From Octopus sinensis (Eukaryota), in contig NC_043007.1 of NCBI RefSeq assembly GCF_006345805.1, positions 36,642,001 to 36,706,000 on the forward strand: DNA of 64,000 nucleotides, given 5' to 3'. Shown here piece by piece: positions 52,688 to 64,000 of the stretch. The position numbers were made by a program, and so were the translations under genes. Below the pieces are notes generated by a model, which was not told where the DNA came from, made no database searches, and saw nothing but the letters and a program-made list of their open reading frames with translations. Every line of letters starts with the position of its first letter. The stretch's first letter is position 1.

Positions 52688-53100
52688 CCCATGCTAGCAT
52701 GGAAAGCGGATAAATGAAATGATGATGATGATGGGCTTCTTTCAGTTTCTGTCTACCAAATCCACTCAGAAGGCTTTGGTCGGCCCGAGGCTATAGTAGA
52801 AGACACCCAAGTTGCCAAGCAGTGGGACTAAACCCAGAACCATGTGGTTGGTAAGCAAGCTACTTACCACAGAGCCACTCCTGTGCCTATAAATTTTATA
52901 TATATATAAATTGCATATAAATTTTAACATATCTATTTTTATTTTTAGTTTTTGTTTTTAATTCTTTCTCAAAATTCCAAATCAAATGAACCCATACTTT
53001 ACAGCTACAGATCACAAACACTTGAAACAATCAATGGCCAATATTATCTTTCCTACACTGCAATTGGATGTGTTCCTATCTCTGTTTAATAACGGTTTCA

Positions 53101-53200
53101 NNNNNNNNNNNNNNNNNNNNNNNNNNNNNNNNNNNNNNNNNNNNNNNNNNNNNNNNNNNNNNNNNNNNNNNNNNNNNNNNNNNNNNNNNNNNNNNNNNNN
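53101..53200. other. Assembly gap (100 N)
   Basis: Exactly 100 N, typical of an unsized scaffold join. Confidence 0.99.
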
Positions 53201-55321
53201 CTCAATGACGAAACCGGTACTGAAATGATTTTTTATAAAAATTATTTTAGCATTTTCTACCTTGACTTTTTTTCCATCTATATATATATATAATTATATA
53301 TATATATATATATACAGTGAGAAAGAGAGTTAACAGATAACATTGGTAGAATCTCTATATAGAAAACATCTTGTAGTGCTCAAAGTAAGTACAAGAACTT
53401 ACATGGAAAAGCACTCAGCACATTCTGTTAAGTGGTTGGTATTAAGAAGGCATCTAGCAGTAGCAACAATGCCAAATCAGACTGGAGTCTGGTGCAGCTC
53501 CCCAGCTTGCCAGCTCTGGTCCAACCATCCAACCCATGCCAGCATCGACAACAGATATTAAATAATGATGATGATGATGATGTTGTATACATGTAAATAA
53601 AGAAAAGTAAGAGACAGAAAAATTTTCAGATGGTTAACATTCAAGTATAAATATATATATATTTATATATTAATGGAGCAGACTTACTAAGATCATATAA
53701 ACCCAAAGAATTAGAAGAGAGAGTGTATGGTATTACAAGTCTAACAGCTGTTTCTGGGGGAGCTTGAAGTTACTTCATTATGTTGGCAGATGCATGAGGG
53801 GGTATCCAAAACTAATAGATCTATGCCAGCACCTTGTGTGCCTTATAATTACAAATTATTTATAATACATTGGATTTACCATTTATCAGCTTTTGCTTGC
53901 TAGCCACTTATATTATTGTTGTTATTAGTTATTTTACTAAGGCGCCAAGCTGGCAGAAACATTAGCATACCGGATGAAATGCTTAGCAATATTTCATCTG
54001 TCTTTGCGTTCTGAGTTCAAATTCTACCAAGGTCGACTTTGCCTTTCATCCTTAAAGGGTCAATAAATTAAGTACCAGTTGCATATTGGATCGATCTAAT
54101 CAAGTGGCCTTGTACCTAGGGTAGAAAAGATTATTTATTTTACTTGTAATAATATCTATATAAGTATTTTTTAAATATTTATTCATATATATATATATAC
54201 ACACACACATATATATTTATATAGGAGCACCCAGTACACTCTGTAACGTAGTTGGCATTAGGAAGGGCATCCAGGTATAGGAACCATGTCCAAAACAGAC
54301 ACGGAGCCTAAGCAGGTCTTCAGTTATAGAGCTCCTCTCAAACCATTTAACTCATGCCAGCATAGAAAAACGAATGTTAAATGATGATGACAACATATAT
54401 GAATACTTGTGTGTGTGTGTGTGTGGTGTGTATGTGTGTGTTTGTGTGTGTATGTGCATATGTTTGGCTTTATATATATATATGTATATATATATATAGT
54501 GACATATTTGCTTACCAACTAACCCCTTCTTCCTAGCTACATCCTTTTGAGAACCCCTACAAAGAATAATAACCCCCATGAACCAGAAACTAACACACCT
54601 AAATAGACACACCTGATTATGAAGTTCTGCATGCATATTCTTCATGCATGAATAACTTCTGCACAATAGCAGAACCCCAAATTTAATCAATAAAAACGTT
54701 CCATAACACCTCTCCATCACATCTATAAGGGCTGCATGTATTGGTATTCTGCATGTGCACATGCACGTGCATGTACATGCACACACACACACTTGTACGT
54801 GCACACACATGCACACATGCACACACACATGATTAAATAAGATTTTATTAAAACCTTGTAGTATGCCATGTAAAGCTTGTCCACAGTTATTGGCCACCAG
54901 ATCTCATTATACAGAGGAAATCTTCTTAGTACTGGGTATACATCAGGAATTCCATAGTATACAATTATTGTAATTTGTCTGTCACTTTATCTGTGGATTA
55001 AGTTCTGTCTGCAAATTGCTGAAAATGGCACTCTGCTTCGGGTAGTCATTTTAACACTGAGTGAAAGAACAGTATGATCTAACAAAAGATTCATTTAAAA
55101 CAATCACCTGCAAAAACACATCTAGCACCTTTGACGGATGATAGTGATTATACAATATGCTAATTATATCATCTCACCAATGTACTACAACAGTAAAAAT
55201 TTACTGAAACGATTGTAGTGAAGTATATCATTCAATCCATATTCTATTATCTATTTACCAATGTGTGTGTGTGTGTGTGTGTGTACTTTTTATTAAAGCC
55301 AAAAAATTTTCCCAGAATAGA

Positions 55322-55490
55322 TGTAGGAGTGGCTGTGTGGTAAGTAGCTTGCTTCCCAACCACATGGTTCCAAGTTCAGTCCCACTGCATGACACCTTGG
55401 ACAAGTGTCTTCTATTATAGCCTCAAGCCGACCAAGGCCTTGTGAGTGAATTTGGTAAATGGAAACTGAAAGAAGCTTGTCGTATATATG

Positions 55491-55523
<33 letters not shown>

Positions 55524-55762
55524 GTATATATGTATATATGTGTATATGTTTGTGTGTCTGTGTTCCCCCCCCCCCAACATCGCTTGACAACTGATGCTGG
55601 TGTGTTCACATTCCCGTAACTTAGCGGTTCGGCAAAAGAGACCGATAGAATAAGTACTAGGCTTACAAAGAATAAGTCCTGGGGTTGATTTGCTCGACTA
55701 AAAGTGGTGCCCCAGCATGGCCACAGTCACATGACTGAAACAAGTAAAAGAGTGAAAGAGTA
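55322..55762 (+). mobile_element. S1 SINE, full length
   Basis: Both halves plus the TA spacer. Confidence 0.85.
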
Positions 55763-55770
55763 AAACAGAT

Positions 55771-55955
55771 CTTACTCAGAGTTACCCATTACCATTCATC
55801 AGGCAGTTTTGATCATACTGTCCAACAAACAGCAATGTGTCTAATCACAGCTATCTGATGAATGGTAACATGAAACTTTGAGTAACAGCTTGTGAAGATT
55901 TTTTCAGCTTTAATAAAATGCATATTACTCTACCTTTGGTATTTGAGTACTATTT
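55771..55955. ncRNA. Inverted/tandem cluster of hammerhead-like motifs (17.9-kb family)
   Basis: Minus copy 55771-55806; degenerate plus copy 55818-55850; plus copy CTAT-CTGATGA-ATG(gtaa)CAT-GAA-ACTTTGAGT-A-ACAG at 55851-55888; same 3' tail (gcatattactctacc..ggtatttgagtact). Confidence 0.55.
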
Positions 55956-55989
55956 TTCTCATATGTTTATGGACACATACTGTTCCAGT

Positions 55990-57295
55990 GCACTTATCAC
56001 ACATGAAGCTTAAGTGCTTTGATAGTCTACCTGTGATTCCATTATATCTCCTTTGTCTATAGCCTACATTAAGTGGACTGTATGGCGCTTGTACCTATTC
56101 CTTTTCTGCATACTGAGCAAGGCCATTTCCCCAAGGATATCAGGGTCTTATCTTCTTTCCTTCTAACTAAAACTTTTATCTTTGCTAAGTTTATGATCTC
56201 TTAACTCCAGGTTTAGCTTTCATGCCTGAAATTTCCTCTCTAATTACTCCATAGATTCAACTTTGAGAACTAGAACATCAGTATATAGGAATTCTCATGG
56301 ATAGCCAATCTTAAACTCCTCTCTGATTGCCTGTAAGACTATGATGAATAGGAAGGGACTGAAAACTAAACCTTGACAGACTCCAACCCTCACACTAAAT
56401 TCTTCACTGAAGTCATTGCTGACTTACTTTACTTACTGTGTTTTTGTACATAGCTTGCACAGCTCTCACAATCCGCGACCTCACCTGGAATTTGCATCAC
56501 CGGTCTGGAACCCCTATCTTGGCCAGGATATTAATCGTCTGGAAGCCGTTCAGCAACGTGCAACCAAGAGAATACCCTCCATCAGGCATTTGCCATATTC
56601 TGAACGCCTTACTTCCCTGGGCATGGACACATTGAAACTCCGACGTCTGGCAGCTGACTTGGCAGACACCCATAAAATTATTAACCATCTTACTAACAAT
56701 AACTCTGAGCACCTTTTCAAACTCCACCTGTCTAACACCCGTGGACATGTTTACAAAGTCAGAAAACAGCACAGCTCCCATGACTTTTGGAAACATTTTT
56801 TCACACTAAGAGTTACTGAAGCATGGAACAAACTGCCGGCATCAGTTGTTAATTGTCGGAGCACTGCATCCTTCAAAACTTCCATGCTTCCTGAGATTCG
56901 CCAACACTACACCTGATTTTCTCCCCTCCATACACACACACGCATGTATCTGACTCATACACTGTTCACTTTCCAGACATTTGTACATTACTGCATATGC
57001 TTTATACACACTTTTGACAAGTTGTGGTGCACCTGAGCACTGTATACAATAATTTCATTATTATTATTATTATTTGTCAATGCCTAGTTTCATTAGTGTA
57101 TGTGGATCCTGTTGAATGCCTTCTCGGGGCCAACAAATGCCACGGATAAACATTTACTCTTAACTAAGTATTTCTCCAGCAGTTGCCTCTCTAGAAAGAT
57201 TGCATCTGTAGTATTTCTTCCAAGCACAAAACCAAACTGCATCTCCTCTAGATCTATCCTGTAATGAAGCTATTGTGCAATGACTCACTCTTTGT
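55990..57295 (-). pseudogene. RTE RT fragment interrupted by a CR1 insertion
   Basis: Minus strand: EEMQFGFVLGRNTTDAIF...KLGIDK|insertion|VRAVQAMY...VRVGVCQGLVFSPFLF. Confidence 0.7.
56470..57073 (+). mobile_element. CR1-type LINE 3' fragment with an (ATT)n tail
   Basis: RPHLEFASPVWNPY...LEAVQQRATKRI...YSERL..L..TLKLRR...WNKLP. Confidence 0.85.
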
Positions 57296-57321
57296 TCTCA
57301 TAACCTGATCCAGTAATTTAA

Positions 57322-57713
57322 TCTCTCTCTATATAAAGCTGAAGTTGTCTGTGTATGGCAGGTTTGGTAGCCTTCAACTAACACTATCTCCTCCGAGACC
57401 CTGTGGCACAAGTTAACCAAAATTGAAAGTATGATAGAAGAAGGCTTGCTCTTTCTTCCGTAGAAAAAAAAATTCAAATCGGACCATGTTAACACCAAAA
57501 ATTATTTACATCAAAAAGGTGCTTTTTTTCTATGAAAATCCCTATATTTTACGATTTTTTGACTGCTGTGTCGCCATTTTTCAGTGTATTTCAACCAGAA
57601 AACTGTTCACTTAAAGAGAATAACAAGCTAGATAATGCAAAATTTTTACTTTTCAAAAATTCCAATTCTAAAGGGTCGAAACAAACCCGAGCAACGCCAG
57701 GCGATACTGCAAG
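57322..57713 (+). mobile_element. Non-autonomous Helitron-like element, family A
   Basis: TCTATATAAAGCTG start; 3' hairpin with the terminus mutated to CAAG. Confidence 0.75.
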
Positions 57714-59074
57714 TTTCTCTATAAATGCTTCCTTTTACAGCATCTCTGTCGCCTTTGTAGTAGCTTACAATGATACTGCAACACCAGTCACTGAGTACGG
57801 CTCCTTCTTATATGACTTGATTTATTCCCTGGGTGGGTATCTCATACTCTACCTCACCAGATATCTTGAGCATCTCTGCAACTATCCCAGATGAACCTGT
57901 GGTGTATGCAGGAGATTTGAAATAAGGACACCTACCTTCTCTTCGTCGACGGAGACCTATCCAGTGGTAATGCACCCTTCCACGTGGCCCAACCCGAACG
58001 CGAGAAATAGCAGCTGCTTTTCCCCCACCTTGACAAAGCGCTCACATGTCCAACTCTGTCGGCTACCCCGATCGAAAAGGCCCAATGTTCCCCTGCCTGC
58101 GCACACGTCACTCCAGCCCCCTTCCCCTTCCAGTCAGCCCTAAGTTCTGGTCAGCTCCCCAGCTGCTGACGTCATCCCACAGAACCTGCAGATTTCCCAC
58201 TTTTCACCTCCTTGATTACCTTTTCTACAATGCTGCTGTCAACTCGAATCGTGGTCCTTCAAAAGGATCAGCTCATACTAGCTCCTCCTCTTCCCTTACA
58301 TTCTCTACATTCAACAGTCTTTCATAATAACAATTCCACAATGCCTTCTTATTTTCCATATCAGTGGCAAGTATGTTTTCATCATTCTGAACATTCTTCT
58401 AACAATGACTTAACCATTCTCTCTCACACACTTCCTCACGATCCTGAACACTTCACACCTCCAATCCTCACGCTGCATGACACGCACAAATCTCTTCCTC
58501 TCTGCTCCACCTTTCACCAGATACACCTATCACCAAGTTGCTCTTCTAGCCACTCGGTAATGCTCCCTGCAAACCTCTACATCCCAGGTTTTTCATGCCT
58601 GTTTCTTAGCCTTGACTGTCCTATCAATGGTCTCATTCCACCTCCATGTTACTCTCAGCTTGATCAGGTCTTTGCTCCAGCCACATATCTGTTCAATGAC
58701 TCTGAGCAAGATATTTCATAGAAATTCCCAGATGTCATCTATGTTACATGTATCAAAAACTTACCTCTTTGTAGTCTTTGCTCTTTTACTCTTTTACAGC
58801 TTACCTCTTTGTAGTCTTTGCTCTTTTACTCTTTTACAGCTGTTTTACTCTTTTACAGCTGTTTTACTCTTTTACAGCTGTTTCAGTCATTTGACTGTGG
58901 CCATGCTGGAGCACCGCCTTTAGTTAGAATTTCTTGAAATCTCTTCCCATTCACTGGATCTTTCAGTTTCCATATATCTATGTTTATATCTATATCTATA
59001 TCTGTCTACATGCCCCCAACATACACACATACACACACATGCACACAAACACACAAACATACATAAAGGCATAC

Positions 59075-59085
59075 ATATACATGTA

Positions 59086-59119
<34 letters not shown>

Positions 59120-59175
59120 TTATATATATAATATATATATTTATATATATATATATTTATATATATGTATATATT

Positions 59176-59208
<33 letters not shown>

Positions 59209-59242
59209 ATTTATATATTTATATATATACATATATATATAT

Positions 59243-59320
<78 letters not shown>

Positions 59321-59353
59321 ACATATATATATATATATATATACATACATATA

Positions 59354-59414
<61 letters not shown>

Positions 59415-59453
59415 GATATATATATATATATTATATATATATATATATACATA

Positions 59454-59524
<71 letters not shown>

Positions 59525-59570
59525 TATATTTATATATATATATTATATATATATACATACACACGAATAC
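59075..59570. repeat. (TA)n microsatellite, ~500 bp
   Basis: Direct reading. Confidence 0.95.
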
Positions 59571-59687
59571 ATATACCAATATATATTTTCATAAACACAC
59601 ACAACACACACACATATGTATATATATGCATAATATGCATACATACTTGTATGTATGTATGTATGTGTGTGTTTGTGTGTATATATA

Positions 59688-59723
<36 letters not shown>

Positions 59724-60600
59724 TGAGCTACAACTTGTCTATCATTTCAACATAAGACCATGTGCTAAGCTTCTTTTCTACATAACAGGTAATTTTTTTA
59801 AGCCTAACCTCAACCCCCCTCTCTCTCTCCCTCCCTCCTTCAATCTCTCTTTCTCTCTCTCCCTCTCCCTCTCTCTCGCTATTCCTCTCTCTTTCTCCTT
59901 GTTTCTCACAGTTTCACTATTCCTCTCTATTTTTCTGTCTCTTTCTCTCTCTTTCACCTTTTATTTTGTAAAGGATTTTCATTTATTTATTTATTTATTT
60001 AGCAAAATTGTATTATAATATGTTATTTATAATGTTATTTATATATAGAAAAATATAAATTCTTTTTATTTTATTTTACTTTTACTGAAGTAAAGAAAAT
60101 AGGAAAAACATAGTCGATATTTTTATAATTATTTTTAGCATTTCGTTAGTTATATTTATTATTTATTTAGTTTACTTTTCCTGAATTAGAAAAAGAAAGG
60201 GAAAACAGTTGTCTTTTATAATTATTTCTAGCTTATTTTGTTGGTTATATTTATTTATTTTATTTATTTATTTATTGTTTTAAAAGGAGTGGGGCAGATT
60301 CAGTTTTCCCTTTTCTATTTATATATTTTCCCTCCACTTCTTCCTCTTTCCTCACAGCTCTCTCTATCTGTTTGTCTACTCTCTCTCTTCTCTCTCTCTC
60401 TCTCTTTCACACTCTCTCTCTCTTTCACTCTCTCTCTCTCTCTCAAATATTTCATATTCAACTCCCCTCTTGTTTATACCTGTAACTCTCACTTTCACTC
60501 TTTGTCAGTCTCTCTCTCTCACTCTACGCACACATTACACACTCACACAGATATACACTTATGTACATATATATACACACATAAAAATATACATTAACAA

Positions 60601-60950
60601 ATGCATGCATTCACATGCATAAACATATATACAAACATACACACAAATGTACATACTTCCATACATACATACATGCATACATACATACATACATACATAC
60701 ATACATACATACATGCATGCATGCATGCATGCATACATACATACATGCATGCATGCATGCATGCATGCATGCATACATACATACATGCATGCATGCATGC
60801 ATGCATGCATGCATGCATACATACATGCATGCATGCATGCATGCATGCATACATACATACATACATGCATGCATGCATGCATGCATGCATGCATACATAC
60901 ATACATACATACATACATACATACATACATACATACAAACATACATACAG
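60601..60950. repeat. Interleaved (CATG)n/(CATA)n tetranucleotide array
   Basis: Blocks of atgcatgc alternate with atacatac. Confidence 0.95.
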
Positions 60951-61592
60951 ACATAAATATATACACAAACACTTTCATTTATATATATACATATGCTCAT
61001 ACACACATATGTACAAGCATAAGTTCATACATACACACACAAATGCATACATACATGCATAAATACATATTTATATACATATTTAAGTACTTATTTAAAT
61101 ACATAATTACATACATACACAACTCACACAGACACACACACACATGCATGCAAACATATACACACATACATACATATGTACATACATACATGCATACATA
61201 CATACATACATACATACATACATGCGTACATACGTACTTATATACATACATTCTCTTTTACTCTTTCACTCTTTTACTTGTTTCAGTCATTTGACTGTGG
61301 CCATGCTGGAGCACTGCCTTTAGTCGAACTGATCAACCCCAGGACTTATTCTTTGTAAGCCTAGTACTTATTCTATCAGTCTCTTTTGCTGAACCTCTAA
61401 GTTACGGGGACGTAAGGAGGGGTAGGATTTCATATATGAACAGATTCATTGCAAATGCTTGTTTGTTATTCAGGCATCATGATGGGAGTCACACACACAC
61501 GCACGCACGCACACACACGCACACACACACACACACATGCATACACACACACAAACACACACACATGCAAACACACGCACACACACACACAT

Positions 61593-61632
<40 letters not shown>

Positions 61633-61863
61633 AAAATAAGGTAGCTACATATTTGCTGGTGTGTGAGTGGGTCGAGAGAGATGAAAGAAAAAGCATCAGA
61701 TGATCCAGTGCAGTCCATCATTAATCAAGGATTGTAAATGGGAGATGAGAGGATCTTCTGAGATACAGGCGGTGATAAACAGTGAGGATTGCATATGGAT
61801 GGCTCTCGTGTCTTATGTCATTCCACTAATGGCATAGCATGGCACATAAGAGAAGGGACAATA

Positions 61864-62463
61864 TATTTCTTTATTGCCCACAAGGGGCTAAACACAGAGG
61901 GGACAAACAAGGACAGACAAACGGATTAAGTCGATTACATCGACTCCAGTGCGTAACTGGTACTTAATTTATTGACCCCGAAAGGATGAAAGGCAAAGTC
62001 GACCTCGGCGGAATTTGAACTCAGAACGTAGCGGCAGACGAAATACCTATTTCTTTACTACCCACAAGGGGCTAAACATAGAAGGGACAAACAAGGACAG
62101 ACAAACAGATTAAGTCGATTACATCGACTCCAGTGCATAACTGGTACTTAATTTATTGACCCTGAAAGGATGAAAGGCAAAGTCGACCTCGGCAGAATTT
62201 GAACTCTGAACGTAGCGGCAGACGAAATACCTATTTTTTTACTACCCACAAGGGGCTAAACACAGAAGGGACAAACAAGAACAGACAAACGGATTAAGTC
62301 AATTATTATCGACCCCAGTGCGTAACTGGTACTTAATTTATTGATCCCAAAAGGATGAAAGGCAAAGCCGACCTCAGTGGAATTTGAACTCAGAACGTAG
62401 CGGCAGACGAAATACGGCTACGCATTTCGCCCGGTGTGCTAACGTTTCTGCCAGCTCGCTGCC
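61864..62463 (-). mobile_element. Trimeric S2 SINE (head + 3 x 184 bp)
   Basis: Units at 61864, 62048 and 62232; head ends gctcgctgcc at 62463; possible short TSD acaata. Confidence 0.9.
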
Positions 62464-63196
62464 CACAATAAATGGACGGATGAGAAAGCATCAAATAGAC
62501 AAGAGGAACAGTAGATCGAGACTTAGCAGGTACAAAATTATGAAAAGACCAGGTGTATACAAGTACGTGTGTGTGTGTGCAGGGGGGGGTAGGTACAGGT
62601 GTGACTGTTTAGGCACAGATGTGGCTGTGTATTAAGAAGTTTACTTCCTAACCCCATGGTTCCAGGTTCAATCTCATGGTGTGGCACTTAATATAACCAT
62701 CTTCTATTATAGCCTCAGACTGACCAAAGCCATGTGACTGGACTTGGTAGAAGGAAACTGAAAGAAGCCCATCATATACGTATGTGTATGTGTTTGTTCC
62801 AACACCACTACATGATGACCAGTGTTTGTGTGTTTATATCCATGTAACTTAGCAGTTCAGCAATAGGATAAGTACCAGGATTTTTAAAAAATAGAAGTAC
62901 TGGGGTCAATCGGTTCAACTAAAGTCCTTCAAGGCTGTGCCCCAGCATGGGCACAGTCAAATGACTGAAACAAGTAAAATGTAGAAGATAAAAGATACAC
63001 ACAGACACAAACACACACACACACTCACACACACACACACACACACACCACACACACACACAAACACACACACACACACTTACACTCAGTTACACACACA
63101 CTCACACACTCACTCACACACACTCTCACACTCTCGCACACACACACACACACACACACTCACACTCACTGACACACAAACACAGACACACTCTCT

Positions 63197-64000
63197 CGTG
63201 ATTGGTATGCCAAGTTCAAAAATGGAAATTTTGACCTCAAAGACGCACCTCGTTCTGGCCATCCAGTTGAGTTTGATGAAGAGCGATTAAACCAACTTTT
63301 GCACGAAAATTCTCATCAAACGACAAGGGAACTGACAGAGAAAATGAAATGTTCCAACACTGCTATAGAGAAGCATCTTCACGTGATGGGAAAGGTTCAG
63401 AAGTATGGAGCATGGGTTCCGCATGCTTTAAGTGACAAAAAAAAAAAACAACAAGCTACAATCGCCGCTGGTTTGCTTGCTCGTCACCGCTCAACTCATG
63501 GACACAAGCAATGATTTCTTTACTGAATCATTACTGGTGATGAAACATGGTGCCTGTATATCAATATGAAGCAGCGTAAGGAATGGCTTAGCCCCGGTAA
63601 ACAAGCGACACCGCGCATGAAATAAAATCTTCATCCGCATAAAATGATGTTGTGCATATAGTGAGACTGGGAAGGGATTATCCATTACGAATTGCCTGAA
63701 CAGAACCAAACGGTCACCATGGAACTCTATGTTCAACAGATGGAACAGCTCAACACAGCTATTCAAGAGAAAAGACCTAATTGGCAGCACGGAGTTCTTC
63801 TGTTGCACAACAATGCCTGCCCTCATATCGCCAATATGACCATGGAAGCCATTCAAACGCATAGCTGGAAAGTGCTGCCACACCCACCGTACTCTCCTGA
63901 TTTGGCACCAACGGTTTTCCATCTCTTTTAAATGCTATGCTCGGAGTTTCATTCAATACTGATGCAGAATTGAGAAGCTTGGTTGGGTCGATTTTTCGAG
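63197..64000 (+). pseudogene. mariner (DD34D-type) transposase pseudogene, cut by the window edge
   Basis: One frame with internal stops: WYAKFKNG..PRSGHP, WVPHAL, ITGDETW, LLLHNNA.PH, HPPYSPDLAP. Confidence 0.92.

Noticed and set aside
53085-53225. GAAACCGGT-like motifs either side of the N gap, suggesting a collapsed inverted hammerhead pair
   Set aside because: The flanks are not reverse-complementary beyond a few bases, and the gap hides any core.
57880-58740. C-rich stretch with weak resemblance to a PLE GIY-YIG C-terminus (FHHSEHSSNNDLTIL)
   Set aside because: Similarity is too weak to call by eye; probably an old retroelement fragment.
58780-58880. Short tandem duplications at an S1 tail (and ~28-bp repeats at 6085-6205)
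   Set aside because: Ordinary slippage of SINE tail sequence.
60559-61294. Several overlapping 110-215-aa ORFs (MHAC/CMYV repeats)
   Set aside because: They are stop-free frames of a tetranucleotide repeat.

Overview
This is AT-rich eukaryotic non-coding DNA, saturated with microsatellites and transposon debris. The repeat families resemble those I recall from cephalopod (Octopus-type) genomes; this assignment is an inference, not a database result. I found no credible host protein-coding exon, and most long ORFs in the track are translations of simple repeats. Recognisable coding remnants all belong to decayed transposons: Penelope-like elements (PLE; RT plus C-terminal GIY-YIG, as a ~3-kb inverted pair at 19.2-22.2 kb and fragments at 0.5 and 51 kb), RTE and CR1-type LINEs, and a mariner transposase at the right edge. 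Non-coding mobile elements include at least four SINE-like families, non-autonomous Helitrons and several MITE types. There is a 100-N scaffold gap at 53101-53200. The most interesting signals are: (1) minimal type-I hammerhead-ribozyme motifs, often in head-to-head inverted pairs, including one as the tail of a tRNA-headed SINE that copies the PLE inverted architecture; (2) an A-tailed fragment of 28S rRNA containing the sarcin-ricin loop, inserted into a SINE head; (3) two head+3x184-bp trimeric SINEs; (4) repeated use of a SINE's internal (TA)n tract as a landing site for PLE/hammerhead sequences. Coordinates were read by eye, and SINE/LINE boundaries are approximate (+/-10-20 nt).
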